A DNA stretch of 63,244 bases, counting the filler. It is 4 parts of 4 records of this genome, joined end to end, with 100 filler letters (N's around TTAATTAATTAA, not from the genome) between each part and the next. Parts side by side here need not be neighbours in the genome. Positions count along the whole stretch, not along the records: positions 1 to 24,319 come from SRR31156797_1052; 3 more parts are not named here. One strand, 5' to 3'. The position numbers were made by a program, and so were the translations under genes. Each line of letters begins with the position of its first letter. The stretch's first letter is position 1. The notes beneath the pieces are model-generated. The model did no database searches and was not told the DNA's origin. It saw only the letters and a program-made list of their open reading frames with translations. Shown here piece by piece: positions 9,428 through 19,220 of this stretch.

Positions 9428-9811
9428 ATGAAGCGTTTTTATAAGTTTTTAGTGCAAACATCTCTTATTGCCATTATTTTATTTTTAGTCGGACTGTATT
9501 ATTTCAAAAGCCATGATGTTGCATGGTATCACAATGGTTTTGTTTACGTATTATTTGGTTATTTGTTATTTAGTTGGGTTATTCAATATACGCTTTATAC
9601 TTATATTCAAAAGCGACTAGCAGTGTTTAATCGGGCTTTTATGGTTGTTACAGGTGTTAAACTTGTAGTATTAATTATTGCTATGCTTGTATTGGCAGTT
9701 ATTATTCCTCATTTATTCAAATATTTTTTGGGCGAAATTCTTATACTCTATATGGTATTTAGCATTATTGAGATCCGGGATATTTTGAGTTTTGCTAAGC
9801 AACAGAAATAG
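9428..9811 (+). CDS. Four-TM membrane protein resembling the AtpI-like gene found upstream of atpB in Bacteroidota
   Basis: Four hydrophobic segments; FNRAFMVVTGVKL...LYMVFSIIE pattern recalled from that family. Confidence 0.5.
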   Translation: MKRFYKFLVQTSLIAIILFLVGLYYFKSHDVAWYHNGFVYVLFGYLLFSWVIQYTLYTYIQKRLAVFNRAFMVVTGVKLVVLIIAMLVLAVIIPHLFKYFLGEILILYMVFSIIEIRDILSFAKQQK

Positions 9812-9971
9812 TATTTGATATTCTTCTTTAGTAATTTAGATTAAATTGAAATTATTGATTTGTTCAGCAAGTCAAATTGTATTTTTAATTGATTTAGAGT
9901 GGTTTATTCTTTTATTGATTTGCATTTTTATTGCTGCCTTCTATTGATCTTACATTTATAAATTGTTATAT

Positions 9972-9979
9972 TATCTTTG
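9972..9979 (+). promoter_or_regulatory. Bacteroidota -7 promoter element
   Basis: TATCTTTG 30 bp upstream of the ATG at 10009. Confidence 0.55.
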
Positions 9980-10008
9980 TGCTTCATATTTGATTATGAT
10001 TATCCAAA

Positions 10009-11895
10009 ATGAGAGCAAAAAGTTATTTTCAAGGATTACTATTCTTTTTTCTGATTGTATTTTCTTTTCAATCAATCTACGCACAAGTTGATGATGCCAT
10101 TGTTGAGTATAACAATATTACAAGTGAGATTACGCGCAATGGTGATATAAAAGTGAAGAAAAATGTATTGATCAAAATTAATAATGCCAATGGTAAAGAA
10201 TATGGTATTGTAAAACAACATTATAGTGGATTTAAGCAAATCATAAAGATTGATGCCAAAATATTAGATCGAAATAAAAGTAAGATAAGGAATGTTAAAA
10301 AATCTGAAATTAGAGACTATGCATTAAGAACAGGTTATCTTCATACTGATGATAGAATTAAAGTAATAAATATTGTTCATAATAAATATCCTTATTATGT
10401 TGAGATTGAGATTGAAACCAGGGTAAGTAATTTTATGCGCTTTCCAATTTGGTTTCCAACATATGGACACGATATAATTTGTAATGAATCATCATATTCT
10501 ATTATTGCACCTCAAGATTATGGTGTCAATTTCAAGCTTTATAATTTTGATGCGAAATTTAATAAAGTTGTTGATAAGAATGAGGTTGTTTGGTCATGGA
10601 CAGCGGTGAATATTTTCAGTGTTAATGAGAATGAATCTTATTCAGTACCTTTTTCTGAGTTGATTCCAAAAGGAGTATTCGTGCCTAAAGTTATGAGTTT
10701 TTTGGATGAAGAATACAATTTGGATACATGGGCTGGTATTGGTAAGTGGTCCTCAGATTTAATTGAAGGAAAAGATAAATTACCTTCGGAAGAAGTTGAA
10801 AAAGTTTTAAAGCTTACGCAGGATTGTGGGACAGATAAAGAAAAGGTTCGAAAACTTTATAAAAACTTGCAAGACGAAACGCGTTATGTAGGGATATTCG
10901 AGGGATTAGGTGGTTGGATTCCATTTGATGCTGAATATGTTTGTAAGAATAAATATGGTGATTGCAAAGCATTGACAAATTATATGAAAGCTTTGCTAAA
11001 GAGTATTGATATAAAATCATATTATGCTTTGATAAATGCAGGTAGTAATGAGATGGATATTGATACATCATTTGTATATAATCAATTTAATCATGCTATC
11101 TTATTTGTTCCATTAGCTGATGATACTATCTGGTTGGAATGTACAAGTCCATACAACCCTTTTGGATATTTGGGCTCATTTACAGCCGGGCGTCATGCAT
11201 TAATTTGTGATTACAGCAATAGTAAACTTGTAAAAACCCCCAGCTTTGACCATAAAGAAAATTCTATTGAGTTAAAAGCTGATATCATAATTAAAAATGA
11301 CCATTTAATTGTTAAATCAAATCGTATTTTGAAGGGTGATAACTATGATCGTTTTCATTCTTTTATAGAGAGAAATTCTTCAGAGAATATTAAGGAGTTT
11401 GCTAATAATAGACTTGACTTTAATCATTTCACAATACTTGATATCGATTATCAGTCTATAGACAATGAAGATCCATATCTGATTGAAAAAGCAACACTTG
11501 AGTTAAAAGGTAAAATACAAAGCTTTGCTAACAAAATTATAATTGAACCTGCTCATAAAATTTTAGAGTTTGAAAACAAGATTATATCTGAAAGAAAAAA
11601 TTCTATCAGAATAGCCAAAAACTATATGGAAACAGATAGTTTAACATACAGGCTTACTGACACAATAGCAATTGTTTCTTTGCCAGATGAAGTTTTTTTT
11701 GAGAATGAATTCGGGAGTTTTAAGCAAAAATATGAATATAAAAACAATACCATTCTTTTAGTTAAAAGATTAAAACTAAATGAACAACTAAAAGACAAAG
11801 AGTATTATCCAATATTTGAATCATTTATTACAGCTGTTAATAAAGCTGAAAGACAAAAAATACTAATTGAAAAAATTACAAAAGAAAATGAATAA
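10009..11895 (+). CDS. DUF3857 + transglutaminase-like protein (catalytic Cys retained)
   Basis: Signal peptide; RYVGI..GLGGWIP, YGDCKA, FNHAIL and WLECT motifs. Confidence 0.85.
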   Translation: MRAKSYFQGLLFFFLIVFSFQSIYAQVDDAIVEYNNITSEITRNGDIKVKKNVLIKINNANGKEYGIVKQHYSGFKQIIKIDAKILDRNKSKIRNVKKSEIRDYALRTGYLHTDDRIKVINIVHNKYPYYVEIEIETRVSNFMRFPIWFPTYGHDIICNESSYSIIAPQDYGVNFKLYNFDAKFNKVVDKNEVVWSWTAVNIFSVNENESYSVPFSELIPKGVFVPKVMSFLDEEYNLDTWAGIGKWSSDLIEGKDKLPSEEVEKVLKLTQDCGTDKEKVRKLYKNLQDETRYVGIFEGLGGWIPFDAEYVCKNKYGDCKALTNYMKALLKSIDIKSYYALINAGSNEMDIDTSFVYNQFNHAILFVPLADDTIWLECTSPYNPFGYLGSFTAGRHALICDYSNSKLVKTPSFDHKENSIELKADIIIKNDHLIVKSNRILKGDNYDRFHSFIERNSSENIKEFANNRLDFNHFTILDIDYQSIDNEDPYLIEKATLELKGKIQSFANKIIIEPAHKILEFENKIISERKNSIRIAKNYMETDSLTYRLTDTIAIVSLPDEVFFENEFGSFKQKYEYKNNTILLVKRLKLNEQLKDKEYYPIFESFITAVNKAERQKILIEKITKENE

Positions 11896-13870
11896 GCATT
11901 TACTTACTATCATCTTTTTAATCTCTGTTTTTTCTTTATTTGGTCAGGAAAAGGAAAACCTATTTCCAGAAATAACTATCCAGGATCTCCAAAAAAACAT
12001 CTTTGATATTGACTCTACTGCCGATGCCATTATTCTAGCTGAATCTGGGATGACGAAATTTGTTATTCATCAGGATTTTATTGTAAATCAGCATAATAGG
12101 AGGGTTCGAAAGCAGATTTTAACCAAGTCTGGTAAAGATTATGGTAATATTGTGATAAACTTTTACAGAGCAAAAGATCTTAAAGATTATTTTATTGATT
12201 TTAAAGCTACAGTGTATTCATTAGAAGATGGAAAAATTGAAACCAGCACAATCGATAAAAAAGACTTGATTGATGAACAAGTTAATGATTATTGGGCATG
12301 TAAAAAATATGCTTTCCCAAATCTAAAAGAAGGATCAATAATAGAATATGAGTATGAAGTTTTATCAGAAAGAAATTTTGCTCTAAATCCATGGTATTTT
12401 CAACATGATGTTCCTACACTGGTAAGTAAATTTGAATTAAGTGTATGTCCTTTTTATAATTACGTAGTACTGACAACTGGATATTATAAGTATGATTATG
12501 ATACGGTAATATCTCAACCTTTTGGGTTTAAGTTTCGGGGTCAAAATTATGAAACACGTGATTATTCATGGCTGGTATACAATGTGCCTGCTTTCAAAGA
12601 TATTCCTTACATTACAACCGAAGAAGATTATAAAATGAAGGCAGAGTTTCAAATTGAATCATACAGGGATTTAAATGGTTTTAAGACTTCTAAAATGAAA
12701 ACATGGGATGAGTTTGTTAATGATCATGTTGAGAATAGGGATCCTAAAACAGTTTTTTTAAAGTCAAAAAAATTGGAAATAAATAGAATAATTGAGGAGT
12801 TAAATATTGCTAGCTTGCCAAAGGACCAGAAGATTGAGAAAATATATAAATATGTACAACAAAATTATCTTTGGAACGGTTACGTAGGTAAATATCCTGA
12901 TCAAACAATGAGACAGTTCATTACGAAAAAGGCTGGTAGTGCTCAGGAGATTAATCTGTTTTTATTGGCTTGTTTAAGAGCTGCTGAAATAGAAGCATAT
13001 CCCATACTTTTAAGTACACGAAGTAATGGTAAAATATTTCCAGAATATCCAATTAACTCAAAGTTTAATTATTTAGCTTTAATTGTTAGTGAGGATGAAG
13101 GTAGCTTTTTACTTGATGCCACTGATCCGGAAACTCCACAGGGTCATTTACCTTTTCGATGTGGAAATGGTTTTGCTGTAAGGTTGAAAAAAGCTTTTGA
13201 TGCTGATGATGTATTGTTTTTTAATTTGGATAATCAAAAGCCTGATAATGCTAATATTCAGTCTATTATGCAGTTTGACTTTGATAATGAAGTGCTTAAT
13301 ATTACAATGAAAGAGCAATATACAGGATATAAAGCAATGCAATACAGGGATAAGTTGAAAGAAGATGGAGAAGAGAACTTCTTTAAATGGCATTTTAGCG
13401 ACAAAGCATTGACCTATAAGCAAAGTAAAGTAAAAAACCTGAACGAGAATGAAGAAATACTTTCTACTACAACTGTACTTACCTCTCCAATTAACAACCT
13501 TGGCGATAGAATTCTAGTGGATTTTATGCCATATAATCCATACACTGAAAATCCTTTTAAGAAAGACGAACGTAAATATCCTATTAATTTTGGGAAGAAA
13601 CTAGATCAAAGTTTTACTACTACTATTCAAATTCCTGAAGGATATGAGGTTGAATTTGTGCCAGAGAATTTTACGTATGTTAATGAAGATAAAACACTAA
13701 TTTTCAAATTTGTATCTATGAATAATGGTCCGTTTGTGCAAATTAGAGGTGTATTATCTAGAGCAAATTCAATATATGTAGCTTCTCAATATCATGATCT
13801 TAAGAAGTTTTATGATGAAATAATTAAGAAGTATGCTGAAAAGATAGTATTAAAGAAGAAAGAGCAATAA
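11888..13870 (+). CDS. DUF3857/DUF3858 transglutaminase-like protein (catalytic Cys/His absent)
   Basis: ADAIILAE, FPNLKEGSIIEYEY, PWYFQ, LSTRSNG, FNY, LLDATD and ERKYPINFG motifs. Likely ATG at 11888 overlaps the upstream stop by 8 bp. Confidence 0.85.
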   Translation: MNKHLLTIIFLISVFSLFGQEKENLFPEITIQDLQKNIFDIDSTADAIILAESGMTKFVIHQDFIVNQHNRRVRKQILTKSGKDYGNIVINFYRAKDLKDYFIDFKATVYSLEDGKIETSTIDKKDLIDEQVNDYWACKKYAFPNLKEGSIIEYEYEVLSERNFALNPWYFQHDVPTLVSKFELSVCPFYNYVVLTTGYYKYDYDTVISQPFGFKFRGQNYETRDYSWLVYNVPAFKDIPYITTEEDYKMKAEFQIESYRDLNGFKTSKMKTWDEFVNDHVENRDPKTVFLKSKKLEINRIIEELNIASLPKDQKIEKIYKYVQQNYLWNGYVGKYPDQTMRQFITKKAGSAQEINLFLLACLRAAEIEAYPILLSTRSNGKIFPEYPINSKFNYLALIVSEDEGSFLLDATDPETPQGHLPFRCGNGFAVRLKKAFDADDVLFFNLDNQKPDNANIQSIMQFDFDNEVLNITMKEQYTGYKAMQYRDKLKEDGEENFFKWHFSDKALTYKQSKVKNLNENEEILSTTTVLTSPINNLGDRILVDFMPYNPYTENPFKKDERKYPINFGKKLDQSFTTTIQIPEGYEVEFVPENFTYVNEDKTLIFKFVSMNNGPFVQIRGVLSRANSIYVASQYHDLKKFYDEIIKKYAEKIVLKKKEQ

Positions 13871-13956
13871 AACTTATTAAACCAATATCCAAACTTTAAC
13901 TTTTTCTAAAGAATTTCATGATTTGATTTGCGTTTTGGATTGCAAAAGCCTGAATC

Positions 13957-15378
13957 ATGAACGTGAAACTCATTCTTCCTTCACTTATTGAAGCAAAGAG
14001 CCCCATGTGGCGACCCATTAAGTATTCTCTTTTTCCTCCCCTCGGTCTCGCTACTCTTGCGGCTTATTTGAATATTGAAGATAATGTAATTTTGGTTGAT
14101 CAACATGTAGAGAAACTCAATTTAGATGACCGACCGGACCTGGTTGTTATTCAGGTTTATATTACAAATGCTTATAGAGCTTACAAAATAGCTGATCATT
14201 ATAGGGCAAAGGGCGTTTTTGTAATACTTGGTGGGTTGCATGTAACCTCATTACCTGAGGAAGCTTCCAAGCATGCTGATGCCATATTTATTGGTCCTGG
14301 CGAGCAAACCTTCCCGCAGTTTTTAGCAGATTTTCGCAATAAGCGACCACAAAAAGTTTATCAATCTACATTTGGGCGAAATATTCAGGGGCAGCCACAG
14401 GTTCGTCGAGATTTAATAAAGCGTAATCGTTACCTGGTTCCCAATTCCTTGGTTATTTCTCGCGGATGTCCCCACCATTGCGATTTTTGCTACAAAGATG
14501 CTTTTTTTAAACATGGGAAGTCATTCTATACGCAACGTGTCGATGAAGTACTCGCAGAAATCGATCGTTTACCTGGCAGGCATCTCTATTTTCTCGATGA
14601 TCACTTATTGGGCGATCCTAAATTTAGCCGAATACTTTTTCAAGAAATGAAGGGTATGAACCGGGTTTTTCAGGGGGCAGCCACTGTGCAATCTATACTA
14701 GAAGGCGACTTGATAGAGAAGGCCGCTGAAGCTGGACTAAGGAGTTTATTTGTTGGCTTTGAGACATTTAGTTCTGATAATCTGAAACAAAGCAATAAAA
14801 GTCAGAATTTAAAACATAGCTACGAGCGGGCAGCCAAACGCTTACATGATAATGGAATAATGATTAATGGGAGTTTTGTGTTTGGACTCGACCATGATAC
14901 AACTGATGTATTTAAACGTACTGTGGGGTGGGGAGTAGAGAATGCTATAACTACTGCAACTTATCATATTTTAACACCATACCCGGGAACCAGATTGTAT
15001 GATAAAATGAATGCTGAAGGTAAAATTTGGGATTATAACTGGGATAATTACAATACACGCAATGTAGTTTATAATCCTCAAAATATGTCTATTGAAGAAT
15101 TGGAAGAAGGTTACAAGTGGGCATATAAAGCTTTTTATAGTTGGTCAAATATTTTTAAAGCATCTTTTTCTCATGATTCCATTAAACACCAATTGAAACA
15201 CTTGTTCTATACCGGAGGTTGGAAAAAATTTGAACCACTCTGGGGTTTTATAATTAATTCCGGAGGGTTAAAGTATATGTTGCCAATGTTGGAATTGCTA
15301 TTAAGCAAGGTCAATAAAAGGGAAGCCCTGCAGCCAAAAGAATCTTTGATAGTATCTATTGGAGATGCTAATTCTTAG
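13957..15378 (+). CDS. B12-binding-domain radical SAM protein
   Basis: PPLGLATLAA, ILGGLHVT, SRGCPHHCDFC (CxxxCxxC) and LTPYPGT motifs. Confidence 0.9.
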   Translation: MNVKLILPSLIEAKSPMWRPIKYSLFPPLGLATLAAYLNIEDNVILVDQHVEKLNLDDRPDLVVIQVYITNAYRAYKIADHYRAKGVFVILGGLHVTSLPEEASKHADAIFIGPGEQTFPQFLADFRNKRPQKVYQSTFGRNIQGQPQVRRDLIKRNRYLVPNSLVISRGCPHHCDFCYKDAFFKHGKSFYTQRVDEVLAEIDRLPGRHLYFLDDHLLGDPKFSRILFQEMKGMNRVFQGAATVQSILEGDLIEKAAEAGLRSLFVGFETFSSDNLKQSNKSQNLKHSYERAAKRLHDNGIMINGSFVFGLDHDTTDVFKRTVGWGVENAITTATYHILTPYPGTRLYDKMNAEGKIWDYNWDNYNTRNVVYNPQNMSIEELEEGYKWAYKAFYSWSNIFKASFSHDSIKHQLKHLFYTGGWKKFEPLWGFIINSGGLKYMLPMLELLLSKVNKREALQPKESLIVSIGDANS

Positions 15379-15453
15379 GATTTATCTATCAATATTTTGT
15401 CGATTTTTCAATGGTCATTTTGAGTTAAATTCTTTGTGAATTGATTTAACCTC

Positions 15454-15461
15454 TAATTTTG
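15454..15461 (+). promoter_or_regulatory. Bacteroidota -7 promoter element
   Basis: TAATTTTG just upstream of the kinase ATG at 15478. Confidence 0.4.
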
Positions 15462-15477
15462 ATTAAATTGCATTCAC

Positions 15478-16776
15478 ATGCCAACTAAAAAGAAATATTT
15501 CAAATTAGCAGCAATTTTTATGTTAGTTTTTTGCTATGTGAATTACATGGGGCAAGAAAAAGCTAAAGACAGTATTAAACTTTCACAAGAAGTTTTATCT
15601 GCTTCAGAAAAAGAAGATGATATAGTCGATAAACAGAGAGAATATGATTTTTTACAGCAGCAAGAGAGGAAATTACATGAGGCTGAGTTGAATACAGAAC
15701 GAACAGTTCGCAATTTTGTGTTGGTGCTAATGCTTATTCTATTGATTCTGATTCTCTACATGTATCGCAACTATAGAATTCATCGAAATTATAATCGATT
15801 ATTAAAATCTAAGAGTGACATTATATACTCTCAAAATATGCAGCTCAAAGGTATGGATGAATTCAAGCAAAGCATGATAGATATGATTGTGCATGATCTG
15901 AAGAATCCATTGAATAGAATTTTGAATTTGCCGGAGGGCGGTAACACTGATAAAACAATAAGAACGGTAAAGAATACAAGCAGACATATGCTGAATTTGG
16001 TTTTGAATGTGTTAGATACGTCAAAAAGTGAGGAGCGGGAGTTTAAACTTACAGTTCAAAAGTATAACATTAGTAGCATTTTAAAGTCGAGTATTGATCA
16101 GGTTAAATTTTTACTGGATGAAAAGCAGAATAATTTGAATCTTAAAATTGAGCAAGATATCCCGGTTCATTGTGACTTTGAAATCATAGAACGCGTGGTT
16201 GTCAATTTATTAACGAATGCTATTAAGTATTCTCCTGTTGGAGCTGATATTGTTGTGACAGCTGAAGTTGAATCAAATAAGTTGTTTGTAAAAGTAAAAG
16301 ATTCAGGCCCGGGGATATCAGAAGATTTGAAATCATTAATATTCCAAAAATATGGTCAGGTAATAGTTAGAAAGTCAGGATCTGCAAGATCAACGGGATT
16401 AGGTTTAGCCTATTGCAAAATGGCAGTTGATGCTCATAATGGCGAGATTGATTTTAGCTCATCAACGCAAAATGGCACTACATTTTGGTTTTCCTTACCT
16501 GTTGAATCATTAAATGAATTGGACTTAGATAAATTTGAAGATTCATTCGAGTATTCCACTTCTCTTGAAGTTTTAAGTGAGAAAACTATTAAATTACTTA
16601 AACCTGCAGTTAAGGAGCTGAGGAGTTTTGAGATATTTGAAGTTTCAGAGCTACGAAAAGTGTTAAATAGATTGACAAAAGAAAATGAGCAAGTTGTAGC
16701 TTGGAAAGAAAAGATAATGAAAGCAATCCTTTCAGGAAATAAGGAAGAGTTTAATAAGCTGCTTGATTTAAAATAG
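15478..16776 (+). CDS. Sensor histidine kinase (HisKA + HATPase_c) with very short extracytoplasmic region
   Basis: H-box MIVHDLKNPL, N-box NLLTNAIKYS, G1 VKDSGPGI, G2 STGLGL. Confidence 0.92.
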   Translation: MPTKKKYFKLAAIFMLVFCYVNYMGQEKAKDSIKLSQEVLSASEKEDDIVDKQREYDFLQQQERKLHEAELNTERTVRNFVLVLMLILLILILYMYRNYRIHRNYNRLLKSKSDIIYSQNMQLKGMDEFKQSMIDMIVHDLKNPLNRILNLPEGGNTDKTIRTVKNTSRHMLNLVLNVLDTSKSEEREFKLTVQKYNISSILKSSIDQVKFLLDEKQNNLNLKIEQDIPVHCDFEIIERVVVNLLTNAIKYSPVGADIVVTAEVESNKLFVKVKDSGPGISEDLKSLIFQKYGQVIVRKSGSARSTGLGLAYCKMAVDAHNGEIDFSSSTQNGTTFWFSLPVESLNELDLDKFEDSFEYSTSLEVLSEKTIKLLKPAVKELRSFEIFEVSELRKVLNRLTKENEQVVAWKEKIMKAILSGNKEEFNKLLDLK

Positions 16777-16784
16777 AATCCTAT

Positions 16785-17618
16785 ATGAGCCTGGAAAAAG
16801 AGAAAATATTAGTTGTGGATGATGATATTGCGGTAATTGATAGTATAATTTCAATTTATGATGAATATGATTACTATGTTACTATTGCCAGAAACGGTCG
16901 TCAGGCGCTGGAGGTGCTCAATAGTTCTGTGCCAGATGTCATTATAACGGATTGGGAGATGCCTGTGATGAATGGAATTGAATTTGTGCAAAAAATAAGG
17001 GAGATTGAAGACTTTAGAAGTATTCCAGTCATCATGATTACTGGCATAATGGGATCAATGTCTAATTTAAAACTTGCTTTTGAGACCGGTGTAACCGATT
17101 TTATTAGTAAGCCAATTGATTCTGTTGAATTGATTGCCCGCACAAGATCGATGTTGCTACTTGCTGGATATCATAAAGAAGTAATTAAGAGTAAAGAGCT
17201 TGAATTGACATATCTTGTCAAAGATATAGCTCATCAAAATGAATTTAATTCTAAGCTAATTAGCACTTTAGAATCGTTCAGAAACAACAATATCAAAGCG
17301 GCTAAGGATTGTGAAATATTAAATAAAATTATTGCTTCAGTGAGGCAAAATATACAAGAGCAATCCTGGACCGATTTCGAACGACAATTTAGTATAGCTT
17401 ATCCAAATTTTAAAGATAGGTTATTGGACAAATATCCTAAATTGACCAAAAATGACATTAGGTTGTGTGTGATGCTCAAATTGAATATGAATTCGAAAGA
17501 AATTGCAGGCATTACTTTTCAGAATCCTGAAAGTGTAGATATTGCCAGGTATCGTCTTCGCAAAAAGCTTGATCTAAAAAGATCAGAGAACCTTCAATCT
17601 TTTTTATTGCAATTTTAG
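16785..17618 (+). CDS. Response regulator (REC + LuxR-like HTH)
   Basis: ILVVDDD, DVIITDWEMPVMNG, FISKP; C-terminal SKEIA...ARYRLRKKL HTH. Confidence 0.9.
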   Translation: MSLEKEKILVVDDDIAVIDSIISIYDEYDYYVTIARNGRQALEVLNSSVPDVIITDWEMPVMNGIEFVQKIREIEDFRSIPVIMITGIMGSMSNLKLAFETGVTDFISKPIDSVELIARTRSMLLLAGYHKEVIKSKELELTYLVKDIAHQNEFNSKLISTLESFRNNNIKAAKDCEILNKIIASVRQNIQEQSWTDFERQFSIAYPNFKDRLLDKYPKLTKNDIRLCVMLKLNMNSKEIAGITFQNPESVDIARYRLRKKLDLKRSENLQSFLLQF

Positions 17619-17629
17619 TGAATGCAGTG

Positions 17630-18022
17630 CTATGCTTCTTCTAATTTTTTACATTCGATGCGCATAGGAATATTAATAAATTCCTGTATTTCTTTACCTG
17701 CATTCATTAACTCTTCGTCGTCTTCTTCATATCGCCATACTACGTTAATTTTATTGCCTCTTTGTATAGCTTCTTTAACAATTGTAAGTAAGTCAAATAT
17801 AATTTTAGTCGAGGAACTATTGAAGTATACAAAATCAAGTATAAAGAAACACTCTTTTATGTCATTACTAAAGTATTCTTTTAGCCAGTTTTTATAAGGT
17901 TTGTAAAAGCTATCTGCATCTTCAGGCAATGATTTACCTTGCATGATGAAGAGATTTGATTCGGGGTTAAAAATTATTTCTGGAGTTCTAATAGTGGACC
18001 TTTTGTATAGTATGTTTTTCAT
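17630..18022 (-). CDS. SiaC-family (DUF1987) protein, paralog 1
   Basis: TPEI.F, GKSLPEDA..FY, YFNSSSTK, WRYEEDDEE motifs. Confidence 0.85.
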   Translation of the reverse strand: MKNILYKRSTIRTPEIIFNPESNLFIMQGKSLPEDADSFYKPYKNWLKEYFSNDIKECFFILDFVYFNSSSTKIIFDLLTIVKEAIQRGNKINVVWRYEEDDEELMNAGKEIQEFINIPMRIECKKLEEA

Positions 18023-18031
18023 TTTGATAAT

Positions 18032-18415
18032 TTATGTAACAGCAACTTCTTCAACCTTTACTTCTATTCCAATTATTTCTGCAAAATCTTCACCTGATTC
18101 GCACATTTCTTCATCCTCTTCTTCATATGCCCAAATAATGGAAACATCATGTCCATCTTGAAGTGCTATTCTAAATTGCTCAAAGATATCCAGTATCATT
18201 TTTGATGAGGCTGTGTTAAAATAGATCATACTAAAGCGTATCCTTGTATGTTCGTTAGGATCTTTAAAGTAATTTTTAAACCATTCAACAATTGGCCTGT
18301 AAAATACCGTAACATTTTCTGGCAAGGACATACCTGAGATTGAAAAAATGCCATCTTCCTTGTTTAATTCAACTGAAGGTGTGTCATCTGTCCCGTTGAT
18401 TATTAGACTTTCCAT
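18032..18415 (-). CDS. SiaC-family (DUF1987) protein, paralog 2
   Basis: TDDTPSV, GMSLPEN..FY.P, YFNTASSK, WAYEEEDEEM.E.GEDF motifs. Confidence 0.88.
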   Translation of the reverse strand: MESLIINGTDDTPSVELNKEDGIFSISGMSLPENVTVFYRPIVEWFKNYFKDPNEHTRIRFSMIYFNTASSKMILDIFEQFRIALQDGHDVSIIWAYEEEDEEMCESGEDFAEIIGIEVKVEEVAVT

Positions 18416-18643
18416 AGTAATTGCTTTATTATTTTACCCATCTGCAAATATCTAACCTTTATTGTGTTTATGAAACATATAAATCTATACAATTTATATA
18501 CAAAAACAGGTGTTTTTACGTGGATTTTTTGAAAGTGTTACTTTTTAGTCTGATTATAACAGGAAGAATAACCTTACAAATTGCTTAAATTTATACTACA
18601 CGTATTTGTAAAAACCTTATGTGATAATGATATTTTTAGAAAA

Positions 18644-19030
18644 TTAATCATCAATAGGGATAGCTTCCATTTTGATAGGAACTTCAATCATAGCTTGTAT
18701 TTCTTCTCCAACCGCCATCATTTCATCATCATGTTCTTCATAGCGCCATATGATATTGATATTATTTCCTTCTTGAATCGAATCTCTGATAATATATATC
18801 ATCTCAAGGATTATTCGTGACGAAGAACTATTAAAATAATCGACTTGAAGTATAAAATCGCAATCATCTACTTGTCCTGTAAAATAGTTTTGAAGCCATT
18901 TTTTGTATGGCGCATAGAATATATTGGCATCCTCAGGTAATGAGCGTCCTTTTATTATGAAGTAATTATTTTCAGGATCAAACTTTATTTCCGGTGTGCG
19001 AAATGCAGGTTCCTTATATATTATGTTCAT
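18644..19030 (-). CDS. SiaC-family (DUF1987) protein, paralog 3
   Basis: TPEIKF, GRSLPEDA..FY, YFNSSSSR, WRYEEHDDEM motifs. Confidence 0.85.
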   Translation of the reverse strand: MNIIYKEPAFRTPEIKFDPENNYFIIKGRSLPEDANIFYAPYKKWLQNYFTGQVDDCDFILQVDYFNSSSSRIILEMIYIIRDSIQEGNNINIIWRYEEHDDEMMAVGEEIQAMIEVPIKMEAIPIDD

Positions 19031-19220
19031 CAGGTTGATTTCTAAATTTTGGTATCCCTATTTTTATTTAGCTAATAAAAGTCGTAACAAAACTAATGTT
19101 TTTTTCGAGATGTTAACATTTTATTAAAACTTTGATATTAAAACCTCATTTACGTACATATAAGGTTTAAGTTTCGTTTATTATTAGTTAAAATATTTTT
19201 TAATCACAATGCTTTTGTAG

